Shown here: positions 1 to 13,579 of the stretch, in pieces
Layout of the letters: each line of letters opens with the position of its first letter
Position numbering within the stretch: the first letter of the stretch is position 1
DNA from: Sminthopsis crassicaudata
Taxonomy: Eukaryota
Direction: 5' to 3'
Assembly (NCBI RefSeq): GCF_048593235.1
Contig: NC_133622.1
Span: forward strand, 257,118,055 to 257,182,054
Length of the DNA stretch: 64,000 bases
The notes under the pieces: model-generated
The model's database searches: none
Seen by the model: only the letters and a program-made list of their open reading frames with translations
Told to the model about the DNA's origin: nothing
Program-made: the position numbers and the translations under genes

Positions 1-199
1 CCAGCCACTTGAGTTTTTGAGGTTCCCTTGAATTGGTGATGTATTCTCTTCCTCTATCTGCTATAATTGTCATGTTGTTAATTGTTCTTATTTCTATTTG
101 TTTGTGTAAATCTAAATTGTCTGTACCTTGTCTTGTTTAAAACTTTTTACCTTTTTTTTTTTTTTTTAAATCGAGCTTGAGAGCGTCATTTATAGGAGC

Positions 200-1990
200 A
201 AATCCGAACTTTTCTTTAAAATCATAATACAGTGGGAGAGCTGGAAGTCCCCTGGCTGCTAATGACCTCTTCCAAGCTCCTCCTCTACCACCACCACTAA
301 TAAACTCTTCTGTTGGGATTCCTTCATCCAAATATCTCATCACATCATCCAGATCCTGAGGCAATTATAAGGAACACCCAACCCCGGGCTCCCAAGGCTG
401 TTTCTCCTCCCCACCTTCTGCCTTCATTTAAGGGAAGTTTCTCATGTATGTCAATGTTTCCTCAGATGCCCTAATTTCCCACGATCTCCTTTCCTTCACT
501 CCATCCCAGCCTCAAACAGACATGTTCACAAGTAGCCTTTCCTGATGAAAAGATAAGCTCTCTCGTCTCTTTGTCTGACCATTGCCCAGAACTGTTGTTC
601 TTTTTCCTTGTTCAAGAACTCCAGAGTTCCTTTAATAGATCATAATTGTTGACCATTCCAGTTCTTTGACTTACTGTTTTTAAAACGCTTTGTCCTCCAG
701 TTCTTTTGTCACTTCCCCTTCCCTCCCTCTCCTCCATTCTCCTTCTTTCCCTATAGCAATTCTGCTCTATGCTCTCCTCTACCCTCTACCCTCGGCCATG
801 GCTTGCCTGAGATGGCAATGGCTCTCACCATCTGCATTCTGGTGTTGAAAAGAGCCAGAGGAGTCCAGTTGGGCTGCCTGGGAGCCCATTGATATGATTT
901 CATTTGCTCTGGGCCTTCACTGCAGCAAAGCAATCCTAGTAATCTTTCCATGGTATCTGCACAGAGGCTGTGGTGGATCTTCCTTTTCTCCTCCAGCCTC
1001 CTCCCCCTTCCCTCTTATCGGAAGGTTTTCATTTTGCTCATCAGAAAAGCCATTGGCCAGGAGCTGCCTCTTCCTTCCTGCTCACTCCTCTGCCATCCTC
1101 TCCTACTTTCTCTCCTTTCCCCGTGTCACATGAAGAGGTGGTTTCTCTCCTTTTCAAGGCAAGGCCCCTTTGTGGATGGGATCCCATCCCTTCTCCCTTT
1201 TTTCAGTACACTGCTCCATCTATTATCCGGCCCTCAGTCACTGGGTTTCAGACTCTCCTGCTGCTCCTGGATCCCTCCCCCTCCCCCATTGCCTACAAAT
1301 ATGGTCCAGAAAACCTTGGGATAACTGGTGATGACCAGAGCCTCATCACCACTAGCTCTTTTCCCTCTTGTGGCCAAACCCTTTGAAAAGGTCTACAGTG
1401 GGTGCCTCCACTTACTTTCCTCTCACTCTGCAAATCTCTGGACTTTCAGCTTCCAACCTCATCCTTTGTCGGAAACTCTCCAGGCTCCAATGGAGACACT
1501 AACCTCCTAACCAAATGCCGTGATCTGTCATCCTTGACTTCCCTGGAGCGTTTGTCACTCCTGATCACCTTGATCAACTAACTAGTCAACGAGGAGCAAC
1601 TTTCTCTGCTAAGCAACTGCCTTTCCTTCAGGAAACCCACTTTTCGGCCTCCTCTTTTGGTTCATCACTCATTTCACACCCACTAAGCAGAGGTGTGCCC
1701 CAGACACTGTCCTGGACCCTTTCTTCTCTCCATACCCTCTCACTAGGTGATCTCATCCGCTCCCCTAGGGGACACATTACCTAGATCTCTGTAGCTGGTC
1801 CCAATATCCCACCTGATCTGGTCCACTTTCCCCGACTGGACAAATCCAACCGCAGGTCCCAGACATTTGAAATTCAACGGGTTTAAAACCGATCTCGTTA
1901 TCTCCACAGTCCACATCCATGCGCTCCCCTTTTTCTTTCAGTCATTTTCATCCTTTCCCTCCCAGGTTTTCAAGCTTGGTTTTAAGCCCA
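200..1990 (+). mobile_element. Old L2 LINE remnant (endonuclease and RT region of ORF2, 3' part)
   Basis: ORF 970-1386 reads FSPFPVSHEEVVSLLFKARPLCGWDPIPS, like L2 RT-upstream FSPVSEEEV..DPIP. 1520-1570 resembles the L2 'LDLSAAFDTVDH' coding stretch and 1861-1910 resembles L2 'ctcaaactcaacatgtccaaaactgaactc'. Many disablements; boundaries approximate. Confidence 0.6.
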
Positions 1991-2029
1991 GTTCAGATCT
2001 GAGCCCCCCGGACTGCCAATGGGACATTC

Positions 2030-3100
2030 AGGGCTGAGCGCGGGAGGGGGGCAGTCGGGATGAACAAGGGCCTGGAGTCCGGGACACCGGACACGTTTTG
2101 CCAGAAGGGAAGGCCTTGGAAGGGACGGGAAAGTCGTGCACATGGACGCGGAAGGCCGCCCCGTCTGCTGCTGCTTGGCCCCCTAAGGCACGGGATGGCC
2201 GAGGGGCTGCTTTAATCCCGGAGGGCAGGACGGGCATCTGGACCCTAAGCGCAGCCCAGAGTGGAGGTGTGGCCGCCGAGCTAAGGCCCCGGCCCGGGAG
2301 GGCTCGGAGCAGGAGCCAGGGCGGCGGACAGCACCCGAACGCTGCGGGCTCGGGGCCTCGGACTTCCTCAGGGGCGGAGATTCTCTGTCTCTAGGGGCGG
2401 CTCTCCTTGGAGAAGTCTGGCTCTTTGGGGGCCATCCTCAAGGGGCAGGTTTGGGAAGATGCGCTTCCGCCTTACCTCAGCCGCCTCAGTTCCTCTCACC
2501 GCCCCAGGCCCCCCCACCCCCCAGACGTGGCCCTGCTTCGGCCTCTCGGGCCTCAGCCCGGCCACCGCAGGGAGCGCGTGGGACCCGTCTCCATGACGAC
2601 AGGGGGGCGAGGCTATTTAACCTAATTGAATATTCATGAGGTCCTGGCTCCAGTCGGAGCGAGTTCTCCCGGTCCTTCCCTAGTAACGGTTGCTGTGCTA
2701 TCGCCCCGCCCCGCCCCGCCCAGGTTACGGACTCCGAGAAGAGCGGAGTCGGGAGGGCAGACGGGGGACCGGAACTGAGAGACTGTGGACCTTTTCTTCT
2801 CGGAAGAGCCAGACTGGAGGCAGAGGCCGGCGGTTAGGGCCCCGGGGCCCAGAGCTCCGAAGAGACCCCAAGACCTCGAGCCAGGCCCCTAACATACCCG
2901 GACACTCAACTCTGGGGGATTCGGGTCCTCCGAGGGGACCCTCACCCCTAAGAACCACGAGGCCCCCTAGAATTATGGGCGACGAGGGTCTCATCAGATC
3001 AGGCGTTCCGAGCCCCCATCTGAGAAAAAGGAGCCCTGAGCCTCCCCCCCCCCCCCCCCGTGAGACCAGAAACCCTGCACTCCCCATCTGCGCCGTCACT
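2030..3100. promoter_or_regulatory. CpG-island promoter with RFX X-box and GC boxes
   Basis: Dense CpG. X-box-like GTCTCCATGACGAC at 2587-2600, RFX half-sites CTAGTAACGGTTGC at ~2679-2693, and three tandem CCCCGCCC GC boxes at ~2703-2720. Confidence 0.6.
2476..2640 (-). other. Putative non-coding first exon of a leftward gene (LRRC56 by synteny, not confirmed)
   Basis: Strong minus-strand donor GAG|gtaagg at 2476/2475 inside the CpG island. 5' boundary is a guess; no LRRC56 coding exon was recognised in the window. Confidence 0.35.
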
Positions 3101-4800
3101 TAAAAAAGGAGCCCAAAGCTCCTCTCCCGTGAGAAGTCTTCCATGAGTCCCTGAGCCCAAAGACCTGCCAGATCCGGAGACCAGGAGCTCTGGGCTTCCC
3201 CCCCACCCAAGAGCCCGGAGTGGAAAGCCCCATCTGAGACATGAGAACTCTGAGCCCCCTCCCCATCTGAAAAAAGCCCTGATTCTCCATCCTCCCCCCG
3301 GAGCTCTGGGCTCCCCCTAGCTCCACTTCTCTGTAGTGTTTCCCGCCTCCCAGAAGCCCAGACCTAGGATCCAGAAGCCCCGAGGCCCTCCCCACTGCCC
3401 CCACCCTGAGTCAGATCGAGGCTGGAGCTCAGAGCTCCCATTCCCACTTGGAAAGCCAACTCCTCCCCCCACTCCCCCCATGACCTCTAGGCCAGGACTC
3501 CAAGGGCCCGTTGTATTTATTTTATCTAGCCACCTGAGAAAGCTTCCCCAGGACTTAGAGGGACGCAGAAATCCTGTGTGGTCTCATGAGTAAAGACTTC
3601 CTAAGGGCTCCACCAGCATCCAGTGCCAAGGACGGTCTACAATTGGAACCTTAAGGGCCTCCTCCCCAAGGAGCAGAACAGGAGCCCTGGGGGGTCTTGG
3701 ACTTAAGTGGACTAAGGAGCTTCTCATGGAGACATTAGAACTCTGAATCCCTCACCTGAGCTCCCCCTTCCTCAGCCACCGAGTTCCCCTACCTGAGACC
3801 CTGGCTATTCCTCAGCCACCGAGTTCCCCTACCTGAGACCCTGGCTGTTCCTCAGCTGCCGAGTTCCCCTACCTGAGACCCTGGCTGTTCCTCAGCCGCA
3901 GAGTCCCCTACCTGAGACCCTGGCTGTTTCCAGGCTTGAGGCTCTATTTCCCCTTCCCTAACATCCTCTCCTGTCCAGTGAAATCAGGGCTCTGAGCTCC
4001 CCTACCAAGAGATCAGGAGGTCTGAGGCACTCCCAAGGACCCCTGAGCCCCAAAAGGGAACTAGGAAGCCCACCCAGCTGACCAGGAGTAGCCTTGAGAC
4101 CCAACCTGAATCACTTGAGGGAACTTGAAGTAGAAAGCTTCCCCCGTCCTCAGACCTGAGAAAAGATGCTTCAAGGGACTCCCTCTCCCCATACCCCACA
4201 AACCCCTGAGACCAGGAGCTTTGAGGCCTTCCATCCTCTCTGAGAACTGGAACCCCAAACACCCTCCCACAGAGAAGCAGAACTCTGGAGGCCTGCTTTC
4301 CGAGAAATGAGTCCCATCACCTGAGCCCAGGGATTCCAAGCCTCCCCACATCATGAGATTAAAAGTTGTGAGCCCTTCCTCCTCAAGATTTGGAAGTGAG
4401 TCTCCTACCAGGAGGCCTGGAGGTCTAAGACCATTCCTCAACCACGAGACAAAGCCTATCCCTCATGGATCCCGGAGCTTCCCTCTTTCCTGAGACCGGA
4501 AGCTTTGCACTCCCCTAGCAGAGATGAGAAAGCCAGAGATCCTTTCCACGACCTGAGATTGGGAGCCCGGAATCTCATTTCTACTGGAGACAGCGCAAGT
4601 CTCCTTCTCCTCCCAAATATCTCTGAGCCCCTCCCCCTACCTGAGGTCTAGGAGTTTACCATTCCCTACTCCCATCTGAGATAATGGAGCCTCAAGACTT
4701 TCTGCCCCGTCCATTTTGGAAATCTTAAGACCTCCCCCCATAGGAGGAACTAGTCCTTTTTCTCCCAGTTTTTATCTGGAACCTTGAGTCTCTTCCCTAA
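2760..4800. repeat. Eroded ancient minisatellite (~30-35 bp motif CTGAGACCAGGAGCTCTGAGCCCCTCCCCAT)
   Basis: Recurrent degenerate ctgagacc/aggagc/ctgagcccc/tcccca motifs over ~2 kb. Confidence 0.5.
3768..3928. repeat. 4 x 40-bp tandem repeat
   Basis: Unit TTCCTCAGCCACCGAGTTCCCCTACCTGAGACCCTGGCT(A/G), four near-identical copies, no spacers. Confidence 0.95.
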
Positions 4801-6116
4801 GATTTCTCCCAGGGTCTAGGAACCCTGAACCCCACTCTACCACCCAAAAGAAACTTAAAATCACTGACCAACTCCTTCCTACCCAGACAAGGGCATCTCC
4901 ATTCCAACTTGGAGAGACAGAAACAGGCAGGAAAGAGAGGAGACATGAAGAAAGGAGATAGAAACAGGAGAGAGAGGATACAGAGAGAGAGAGAGACAGA
5001 CAGACAGACACAGACCTGTGAAGGATTTTAAAAGATTGTTAAGAGGTAACTGGAGCCACCAGTGTTTTCTGCCCAGAGGAGTGATGGGATCAAGTTTGTA
5101 TTTTGAAAAAGGCACCTTTAATCATGACAAAGTTCAAAGCCCAGCATAAGTAATGTTAAAACTTTGCCAAAGGAAGTGCCCTAGGGGAAGACTCCCCAGG
5201 GACACAGGTGATCCTAACAGTTTAAAATGGACAGTGCTGGTTACATGAAATGGAAAAGCTTTTGTGTAGGCAAAATCGATGCCAACTGGGGAAAATCTTC
5301 ACATTTCGCTTATATGATGAAATATTACCCATAAAAGAGCATCTCTAAGAGACACATTGAGTCAACAATTCTCAAATGAAGAAACACATTAACCATAAGA
5401 AAAAGTGCCACAAATCACTAGTGTGAGAAATGCAAGGTGAGCTGACACTGAGGTTCCCCATCCTGCTGGCCAGATGACAAGGAGCATGACTCCTGCTGGA
5501 GGCCTGTGGAGAACAGCACACAATGCCATTGATGGAGCTATGAATTGGTTCAATCAAGGGTGTATACACCCTATAACTCAGTGATACTTGTTTGGGATAT
5601 ATATCTGAAAGGGAGCAAAGAGAGAAGGGAAAGACTTGTATGCCCTAGAATATTTGGAGAAGCCCTTTTTGTTACTTTTTAAAATAGTTTTTTATTTGCA
5701 AAATACATGCAAAGAGTTTTCAACATTCACCCTTGGGAAACCTTGTGTTCCCAATCTTCCTCCCTCCCTTCCTCCCATTCTTCCTCCTAGACAGCAAGTA
5801 ATCCAAGATAGATATGCAATTCTTCTATATATATTTCCACATGTATCATACTGCATAAGAAAAATCGGATCAAAAAGGGGGGAAAAAAGTGAAATTTGTG
5901 TATTATTGTGATCCCCATTCGGTTTCTATAGTATTTTCTCTGGGTGCAGATGGCTTTCTCCATCACACATCCATTGGAATTGGCCATGTCTATCAGAGTT
6001 GATCATTGCACAATCTTTTTGTTGGTGTGTACGTGTTCTCTTGGTTCTACTCATTTCATTTAGCATCACTTCATGTAATCCCTCCAGGCCTTTCTATGGG
6101 AAAATTAGGACAGTAA

Positions 6117-6645
6117 TGTGAGGGGTGTAGAAGACCCTAACCCAAAATGACTACTTAGAGATCACTCAGTAGGAAGGCAGAAAAGTTGTTTATTGAAAAC
6201 CTCGGGAGGATGAGCCGTCCCATGGCGAGATAAGAAAGAGAAAGCTCCTGGTAGGAGGGAGGAAGAAGTAATAAGGATACCCAGCTTTTACACCAGAGAT
6301 TACATCACAAGGAAGAGGCGCTGAGAAGGGGAGGGGGGGCATCTCATTGGTTGTTGCTATTCGGAGAGATTGGAATGGAAGGTTTCTGTTCATAAGTTGG
6401 GGAGCATTGAGAAATAAGTGTCCTCTCCCCTAATTGTTAAACATTGGTGTCAAAGACAGATTAGGACAGAATGTTTTGTTTCCCTTATTCCGAGAGGAAT
6501 CATCAATCAGACCTTCGAACTTCAGATTAACTGAGATGACGGCATTTAATAAGCTAAATATTGATAACAATGAATAAGGATAAATGTCATCATTTCTGGT
6601 TAAGTAAATCTATCTAAAGTTAAGTAAATATTGGCTTGCACACAC
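6117..6645 (-). mobile_element. Probable solo LTR
   Basis: ~520-bp non-L1 segment interrupting L1 sequence, TG...CA-like ends, minus-strand AATAAA (tttatt at ~6190). TSD not identified. Confidence 0.4.
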
Positions 6646-8031
6646 TGTACTTATACAGGTCACAGAGACATAGAAATGATAAAAAAAATACAGAAAAAGA
6701 ATTTAAAATTCCTGTAAGTTCTTCATCTTATCTCTCCATTCCACACAGTGATATATTATTGGGACACAACAGTGGAGTTGTGAGCTGATCCAACCGTTCT
6801 TGAGAGCAATTTGGAACTCTGCCCAAAGGGCTTTCAAACTGTGTAGACCCTTTGATCCAGCAGTGTCTCTAATGGATCTGTATTCCAAGGAGATCTAAAA
6901 GGAGGGAAAGGGACTCACATGTGCAAAAATGTTTGTGGCAGCCCTTTTTGTAGTGGCAAGCAGCTGGAAACTGAATGGATGCTCATCAATTGGAGAATGT
7001 CTGAATAAGTTGTGGAATACTATTTTTCTATTTTCCCACATCCCCTCCAACATTTGTCATATTTTCCTGTCATCTTAGCCAATCTGAGAAGTGTGTAGTG
7101 GTACATCAGAGTTGTCTTAATTTGCATTTCTCTGATCAATAGTGATTTAGAGCAATTTTTTTTCATATGATTAGAAATAAAAGCCCTTTCTATTATACAA
7201 AGAATTAGAAATAAAACGAATGAAAATACATTTGTTAAGTAGTTACTATGGGTCAGGCAATGATTTGTTATCAATAGTCTCCTTGGGGTAGATACCTGGT
7301 AAAATAATTTTTGGTTTAAAGGATAGAGATAACTGAATCATTTTATTTGCATAATTGCAAATGGTTTCCAAAATGGTTCTATTGATTCATACTTCACTGG
7401 CAATGCACTAGTGTGCCTATCTTGCTACAACTGATCCAAAATTGACTGTTTCCAGCTTTGGTAGTTTTTGTTCGTTTGATTAATTGTGAGATGAAACCTT
7501 AAGCTTATTTTGATTTACACATCATTATTAGTGAAAAGCATTCCATCTTTTGAGGATTGTTCATCTCTTCTGACCAACCCTCTCTGATGAAGAAGGGGTC
7601 TTGGTCCTCTGTATCTGTATATCTATCTAGTTGTAGCTAATTGATAATTGCTTCCATATATGGGATACCAAACCCTTATCAGAGAAATTTGATACAGATT
7701 TTTCCTCATTCATCCACTGCCTTTCTTATCCGGGGTGCATTAATTTAATTTGTGAAAAAGCTTTTTGGTTTCATGTAACTGAAGTTATTTTATCTTTTGT
7801 AATTGCTTCTATTTCTTTTTTGGATAAGAATACATCTGCCCATTTCTCTCCTGAGATGGCATTTGTCTCTAGTTTTTGTTTCTTTATCCTCCCCTATGTT
7901 CTGTATTTAGGCCACTAGGTGGCGCCACAGTGAATAGAGTACCTAGTCTGGAGTCAGAAAAACCTGAGTCCAAATAACTTCAGACACTAGCTGTGTGATA
8001 CCTGGACAAGGCCATTTGTCTCAGTTTTGTC

Positions 8032-8066
<35 letters not shown>

Positions 8067-9290
8067 GACTTTTATTTTCAAAATAAATGCACAGATAATT
8101 TTCAACATTCAGTCCCGCAAAACCTTGTGTTCCAAAGTTTTCCCCTCCTCCCACTCCCTCCCTTAGATAGCAAGTAATCTAATATATGTTAAACATGTGC
8201 AATTCTTCTATATATATATTTCCATTGTTCTATACATATTCTATAGCTATTCCACTTATGTTGCACAAGAAAAATCAGACCAAAAAGGAAAAAAAAATGA
8301 GAAAGAAAACCAAATGCAAGCAAACAAAAAGAGTGAAAATGCTATGTTGTGATCCACATTAAGTTCCCACAGTCCTCTCTCTGGGTGCAGATGGCTCTCT
8401 CCATTGGAGAGTGGCCTGAATCTTCTCATTGTTGAGAAGAGCCACGTTCGTCAGAATTGATCATCATATAATCTTCTTGTTTCCTTGTACAACGATGATC
8501 TGGTTCTGCTCACTTCACTCAGCATCAGTTCCTGTCAGTCTCTCCAGGCCTCTCTGAAACCCTCCTGCTGGTCGTTTCTTACAGAAAAATAATATTCCCT
8601 AACATTCATATCCCATAACTTATTCAGCCATTCTCCATCTGATGGGCATCTACTTAGTTTCCAGTTTTTTGCCATTACAAACAGGGCTGCCACAAACATT
8701 TTTGCACATATGTGTCCTTTTCTCTCCTTTATGATCTCTCTGTCATACAAGCCAGTAGAGTCTGCTGTATCAAAGGGTTTGCAGAGTTTAATAGCCCTTT
8801 GAGCATAGCAAATTGATCTCCAGAATGGTTGAATTACTTCATAACTCTACCAACAATGTATTAGTGTCTCAGTTTTCCCACATCTGCTCCAATATTTGTC
8901 TTTTCCTATCATTTTAGCCAATCTAAGAGGTGTGTAATGACTTAATTTGCATTTCTCTAAGTGATTTAGAGTACCTTTTCATATAACTAGAAATAGTTTC
9001 AATTTCTTCATCTGAAAATTGTTCATATCATTTGACATTTATCAATTAGAGAATGGCTTGAATTCTTATAAATCTGAGTCAATTATATATTTTAGAAATG
9101 AGGCCTTTATCAGAACCCTTGAATGTAAATTTTCCCCCAGTTTTTTGCTTTCCTTCTAATCTTGTCTGCATTAGTTTTGTTTGTACAAAAACTTTTAAAC
9201 TTAATATAATCAAAATTATCCATTTTGTATTCAACAATGTACTCTAATTCTTTTTTGACCACAAACTCCTTCCTTCTCCATAGATCTGGG

Positions 9291-9513
9291 TGTTAAGGAC
9301 CATGCCTAAGTGAAGGAATAGGTCAATTCTCTGAGAGCCTCCACAGTTGTGAATCATAACATCTGAAGGAGCTGTGGGGAAAAGCCTTTGCTGACACAGG
9401 TGGACTAGGAATGAAATAAATTGGAGCCAAGAGGGAAGAGGAGAGAGGTCAGACAACACAACGGCCTCTCAGTGGAGAGGTCAGAGACTGCAACAGTCTC
9501 TCAATCTCTTTGT

Positions 9514-9567
<54 letters not shown>

Positions 9568-9650
9568 TTCTTCTCACATGAAGGGATGCATTCTACTGGT
9601 CTGAGTTGGATCCCCAGAAGCCACTGGCAGGTGGCTCCCATATCACAACA
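9291..9650 (+). mobile_element. Solo LTR inserted into an L1
   Basis: TGTTAAGG...ACAACA ends, 6-bp TSD TCTGGG/TCTGAG (one mismatch), host L1 resumes after it; related copy at 18877. Strand is tentative. Confidence 0.75.
9514..9567. repeat. (ATC)18 microsatellite inside the solo LTR
   Basis: Direct reading. Confidence 0.95.
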
Positions 9651-9794
9651 TCTGAGAGGTAAACTTTGTTCTAATTTGTTTATGATATCACTATGTCTAA
9701 ATCATGAGCCCATTGTGATGGTTTTGCAATTTCAAAATATGAGTTGAAGAAAATGACCAAGAAAACCCAATTAGGGAGTCACAAAGGTCAGATC

Positions 9795-9799
<5 letters not shown>

Positions 9800-9852
<53 letters not shown>
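9800..9852. repeat. (TG)n microsatellite, ~26 units
   Basis: Direct reading. Confidence 0.95.
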
Positions 9853-9856
<4 letters not shown>

Positions 9857-12800
9857 ATAAAAAAGGAAGAGCACTTTCCCCCTCAATTTTTGACAGAATA
9901 AAATATTTAATTACTATTAGAAAAAAAGAAATACAGAAGGGGACATAAATAAATATGATAATTTTGCTATTGCCTTGTTAAATGTATCACATATGTGTGC
10001 TTTTAAAATTATTCATAATAGAAGTTTGTAGTTTATTATACAATCCTTTTTCTTTGCATATTGAAATGCTTTTGATTAATTTCATAATTTTTAAAACAAA
10101 AAATTATTTCAAAAGCTATATGTATAATGGATTAGAGTAGGGAGAGTGAATTACAGTGATGAAAGGCATAGTTTGAGATAAACTTGAGATTTGTATGAAT
10201 AAATTCAGTGAAGTGAGCAGAGGCAGGAAAACAATTTATACAAGGAAATGAACCCCTTTGAAAGACTTCAGAACATTGATTAAAGCAATCACCATCCATG
10301 ATTCCAGAGTACTGATGAAGAATATAACTCACTTCCTGACAAGAAAGTGATAGATTCATGCAGAATGAAATATAGGTTTTTAGGCATAGCCAATGTGGAA
10401 ATTTCATTTGCTTGAGTATGCATACTTGTTTTGAATTTATTTTGAACTTAAATACAAAAAGGATCATTTCCACATACCACAACATAAAAAGAGGATTCAA
10501 TATAAAACCATGAATTTTCCTTTCAGTTTACTTTTTGTGGAAAAATGTAATAATGACTACACATTTTCAAAGTTACCCCGCCTTTCTGTGCTTCCTACTA
10601 TGATTTCTTTTGTTCTTGATGTGTACTTTTTTTTTTTCTCCCTCTCCACTCTGCCGCAGAGAAGACTACTATAAGACACAGATAGGTCTATGGATATATA
10701 TAAAGCCATGCTTTACACACTTCTATTAATCAGTTCTTTCTCTGGAGGTAGATAGCATCTTTCTTCATAGATCCTTTGTCGTTAATTTGAGTATTTATAG
10801 TACTTGGAATAATTTGGTTACACTTATTCTTTGAAGATGATTGCTGTTACTGCATCCAATGTTGTCTTGAGTTCTGTTCATTTTTTCATTATTTTGTCCA
10901 AGTTTTTCTATCCACTGGCTCATTATTTCTTACAGCCCATCCTACTACTCCAGTATTCCATCACACTCATACACCACAACTTGTTCAGTCATTCCCCAAT
11001 TTCCAAAGCTGGTGAAGCTGATGGGGAAGGACAGTCCCTGATTGTTGTTGGACATATCAATGTCATCACTGCCTCTGGAGGCTTCCACACCTCTTCCTGC
11101 CACAGATACCGACCCAGACCCCAATATGCTCACCCAGACCTGCTCCAATTATTTCTAATATCATAATCTCTAGAATAATTCAGATGTATATTTGGATATT
11201 TTTCCATTAATGAAAATTGAAACCTTTCTCATTAAGTTATCAGTTACTGAGTCCCTCCAAGTTATTAGAAATGGTTGATTTAATAAAGTGGAAAAATCCT
11301 CTTTTCCCCCTAGTACTTTTCAAATATCTTACTCTTCTTGGATTAAGTAACCAAATATACAGTACATATAAAGATATAAATATTTCTGTCACACAGACTC
11401 TAGGTTCACTCATTACCCCCAGTTGTATTGCCAGGTTGGTCCCCAGAGCTGAGAGTTCCCCTCAGTGTTCTAGGGCAACTTTGATATTCTGGGTTTTCCC
11501 CCATAGTACTGTGGTTCATAAGCACCCATCCAGCATGTTCTCCCCAATATCAATCATCAGTCACCATCTCCCCAATACCAACTAATCAATTAAAAGCCAT
11601 TTGTTTTTACAGAGAGATCCTGAGAAAGCCTAGCATGGACTGAAGTACTCCCAATGTACTCCCAAAGCCTCAAAGAGGGATGTTGATACCTATCTTAGTC
11701 TCTAGGTAGAAGGAACTCAAAACTCTTGGCTACACCTTCCTCCCACACCCTTTGGCTTCACTTCTGGGTGTGGTGTAGCTAATGGATGAGCTGTTCCTTT
11801 TATTATGAAACACTGCATCTGGTCTGCCAAGATGGTTTGTTGCTGGGCTTGTCTAAGCAAGTAGCTTTTCAAAGCTGGCATCAGCTAGTGGAGCTCACAG
11901 AGGGCTGGTACCAGATCCAGCTGGGTTTCTGAAGTCTCCTCAGATTACAAAATCATGCTACCATCTACGCTGCCCTAAGATCAGGAAGGAAGGGCCATAA
12001 CAGACAGAAGAAATAGAGGTGTCGGTAAGCAGAGACTCTGGCCACCCAGCCGCTTCTAGCCGTTCTTGCCTCACTCATTCCTAGGGAAGAAATTGGGGCT
12101 CAGATGAGTCTGAGCATTTGTATATACACAATTCTGATTCAGGGGCCAATTAAAAGAGGCCCCATATTGTGAGCCATTGATGAAGGAACATTGATGTTCC
12201 TTGAGGAACAGAAGACACCCTCACAGACTGAGGAGGGCAGGCAAAGGGCTCCTTACCCCCATTATATATTTCTGGAAGCAAGCACAAACCTCCACTTAGG
12301 TTGGTATCAAGGAGAACATAGTGCACATACTGTAAATCCTGGGCTTCATTGACCACTTCCTCTACTGGATTTCCAGTATTTAATCTATTTAATTTGTTTT
12401 AAATTATATTTAATAAATATAATTTATTAATTTATAAATTATAAAATGTCATTTATTAACAATAAATTATATATATAAAACCCAAACCAAAAGCTAATAT
12501 TATGAAATGGAAGAATGTTTCAAGCTTACTAACAAACACAAGGTAAAGGAAAGAAAACCCCAAAACAGATTTTGAAAACTGGCTGCCACAAGACTTGGAG
12601 TTCAAAGGGATAAGCTTTCCCCTTAGTCCTGAGGATGCTTTGGGACTATTATACGATTTGAACGGGCTTCAGTCTGGCCCAGGAGTGATGAAAGGGGTAC
12701 ATATTGTCTACAAGGGACAGGAGTGAGAAGATAAGGTTCAGACCAAAGGAGTTTCCCGGTGACCCAGCAGCAGGATGGTATATCTGGACTGACTCATGTT

Positions 12801-13579
12801 TTATCAGGCTGAACGAGAAAGAATGGGCAGAAAACAAAAGGGAAAGGAGAAAGTGGAAGTGAAACCAGAGTATGGTGAAGAAGGGAGAGGTTAATGTGGG
12901 CCATGATACTTCTAAAGGCATCCTGGAACAGAAGATGAGCTAATGATCCTAGTTGTATCTATTTTTTCAAGCACTCAAAGAAGCTCCAGAAAAAAAAAAA
13001 AAAAAAAGACCCGATTTTCACTTATTTTCTCCTTCCTTTGTCTGTCCAGTAATTGATACTCATATGTTCTGCTTACTTCTTTTACCCAAATGTCTCTTGT
13101 ATCCTGATTTTTACCTTAAATATAAAGAGACCTAGGGTAGCTAGAAATGTGCAAATATTTAAGCTAGGACAGAATGCCAAACCTCTTCAGAATGTTAGTA
13201 ATTTTGTAACTGGGGGCTCCAAGTTATAGTGATTGTATTGATAACTTTTAATCTTATATAAGTTCCATAAAAAAGAGAAGAAATTACATGGGCCTAAGGA
13301 TCACATTTCTTCCAGGCTGAAAGGTGAGCTAATCATAACAAAATATGGCTAATTAAGTATCTATCCAAAAGCAAAGTAGGGAAGAGGGGACCATGTCTGG
13401 AAAAAAAGACTACACCTTAGATTTCTCTCTAGGAGAGAAGAAAAACTTGGAAAGAATTCATCTTTGCCCCTATCAATTAGAGAGAAGGGAGCAGAACATG
13501 CTGAGTCCCAGCCAACTAACAGTACTGATATCCATGGTTGTTATATTATGATAATACCAGCTTCAAAATCTCCCCCATA

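Larger units (their letters stand above)
5100..9750. mobile_element. Cluster of L1 fragments in both orientations (ORF2 C-terminus and 3' UTRs)
   Basis: ORF fragments such as HICAKMFVAALFVMAKNWKLSRCPS (8535-8750, -) and LLIREMQIKTTLMYHYTLLRLAK (7020-7274, -) are typical L1 ORF2 C-terminus; marsupial L1 3' UTR sequence at 5680-6095 and 8060-8530. Confidence 0.85.

Noticed and set aside
137-364. Protein-like minus-strand ORF (PQDLDDVMRYLDEGIPTEEF...)
   Set aside because: It lies antisense to the L2 endonuclease remnant, has an in-frame stop just upstream and ends in a poly-T run.
3768-3928. CRISPR-like 40-bp direct repeats
   Set aside because: No unique spacers and the context is eukaryotic; it is a simple minisatellite.
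12257-12380. Possible LRRC56 exon (donor gggg|gtaagg, minus strand)
   Set aside because: Its translation shows no LRR or LRRC56 similarity and there is no clear acceptor; it cannot be supported.
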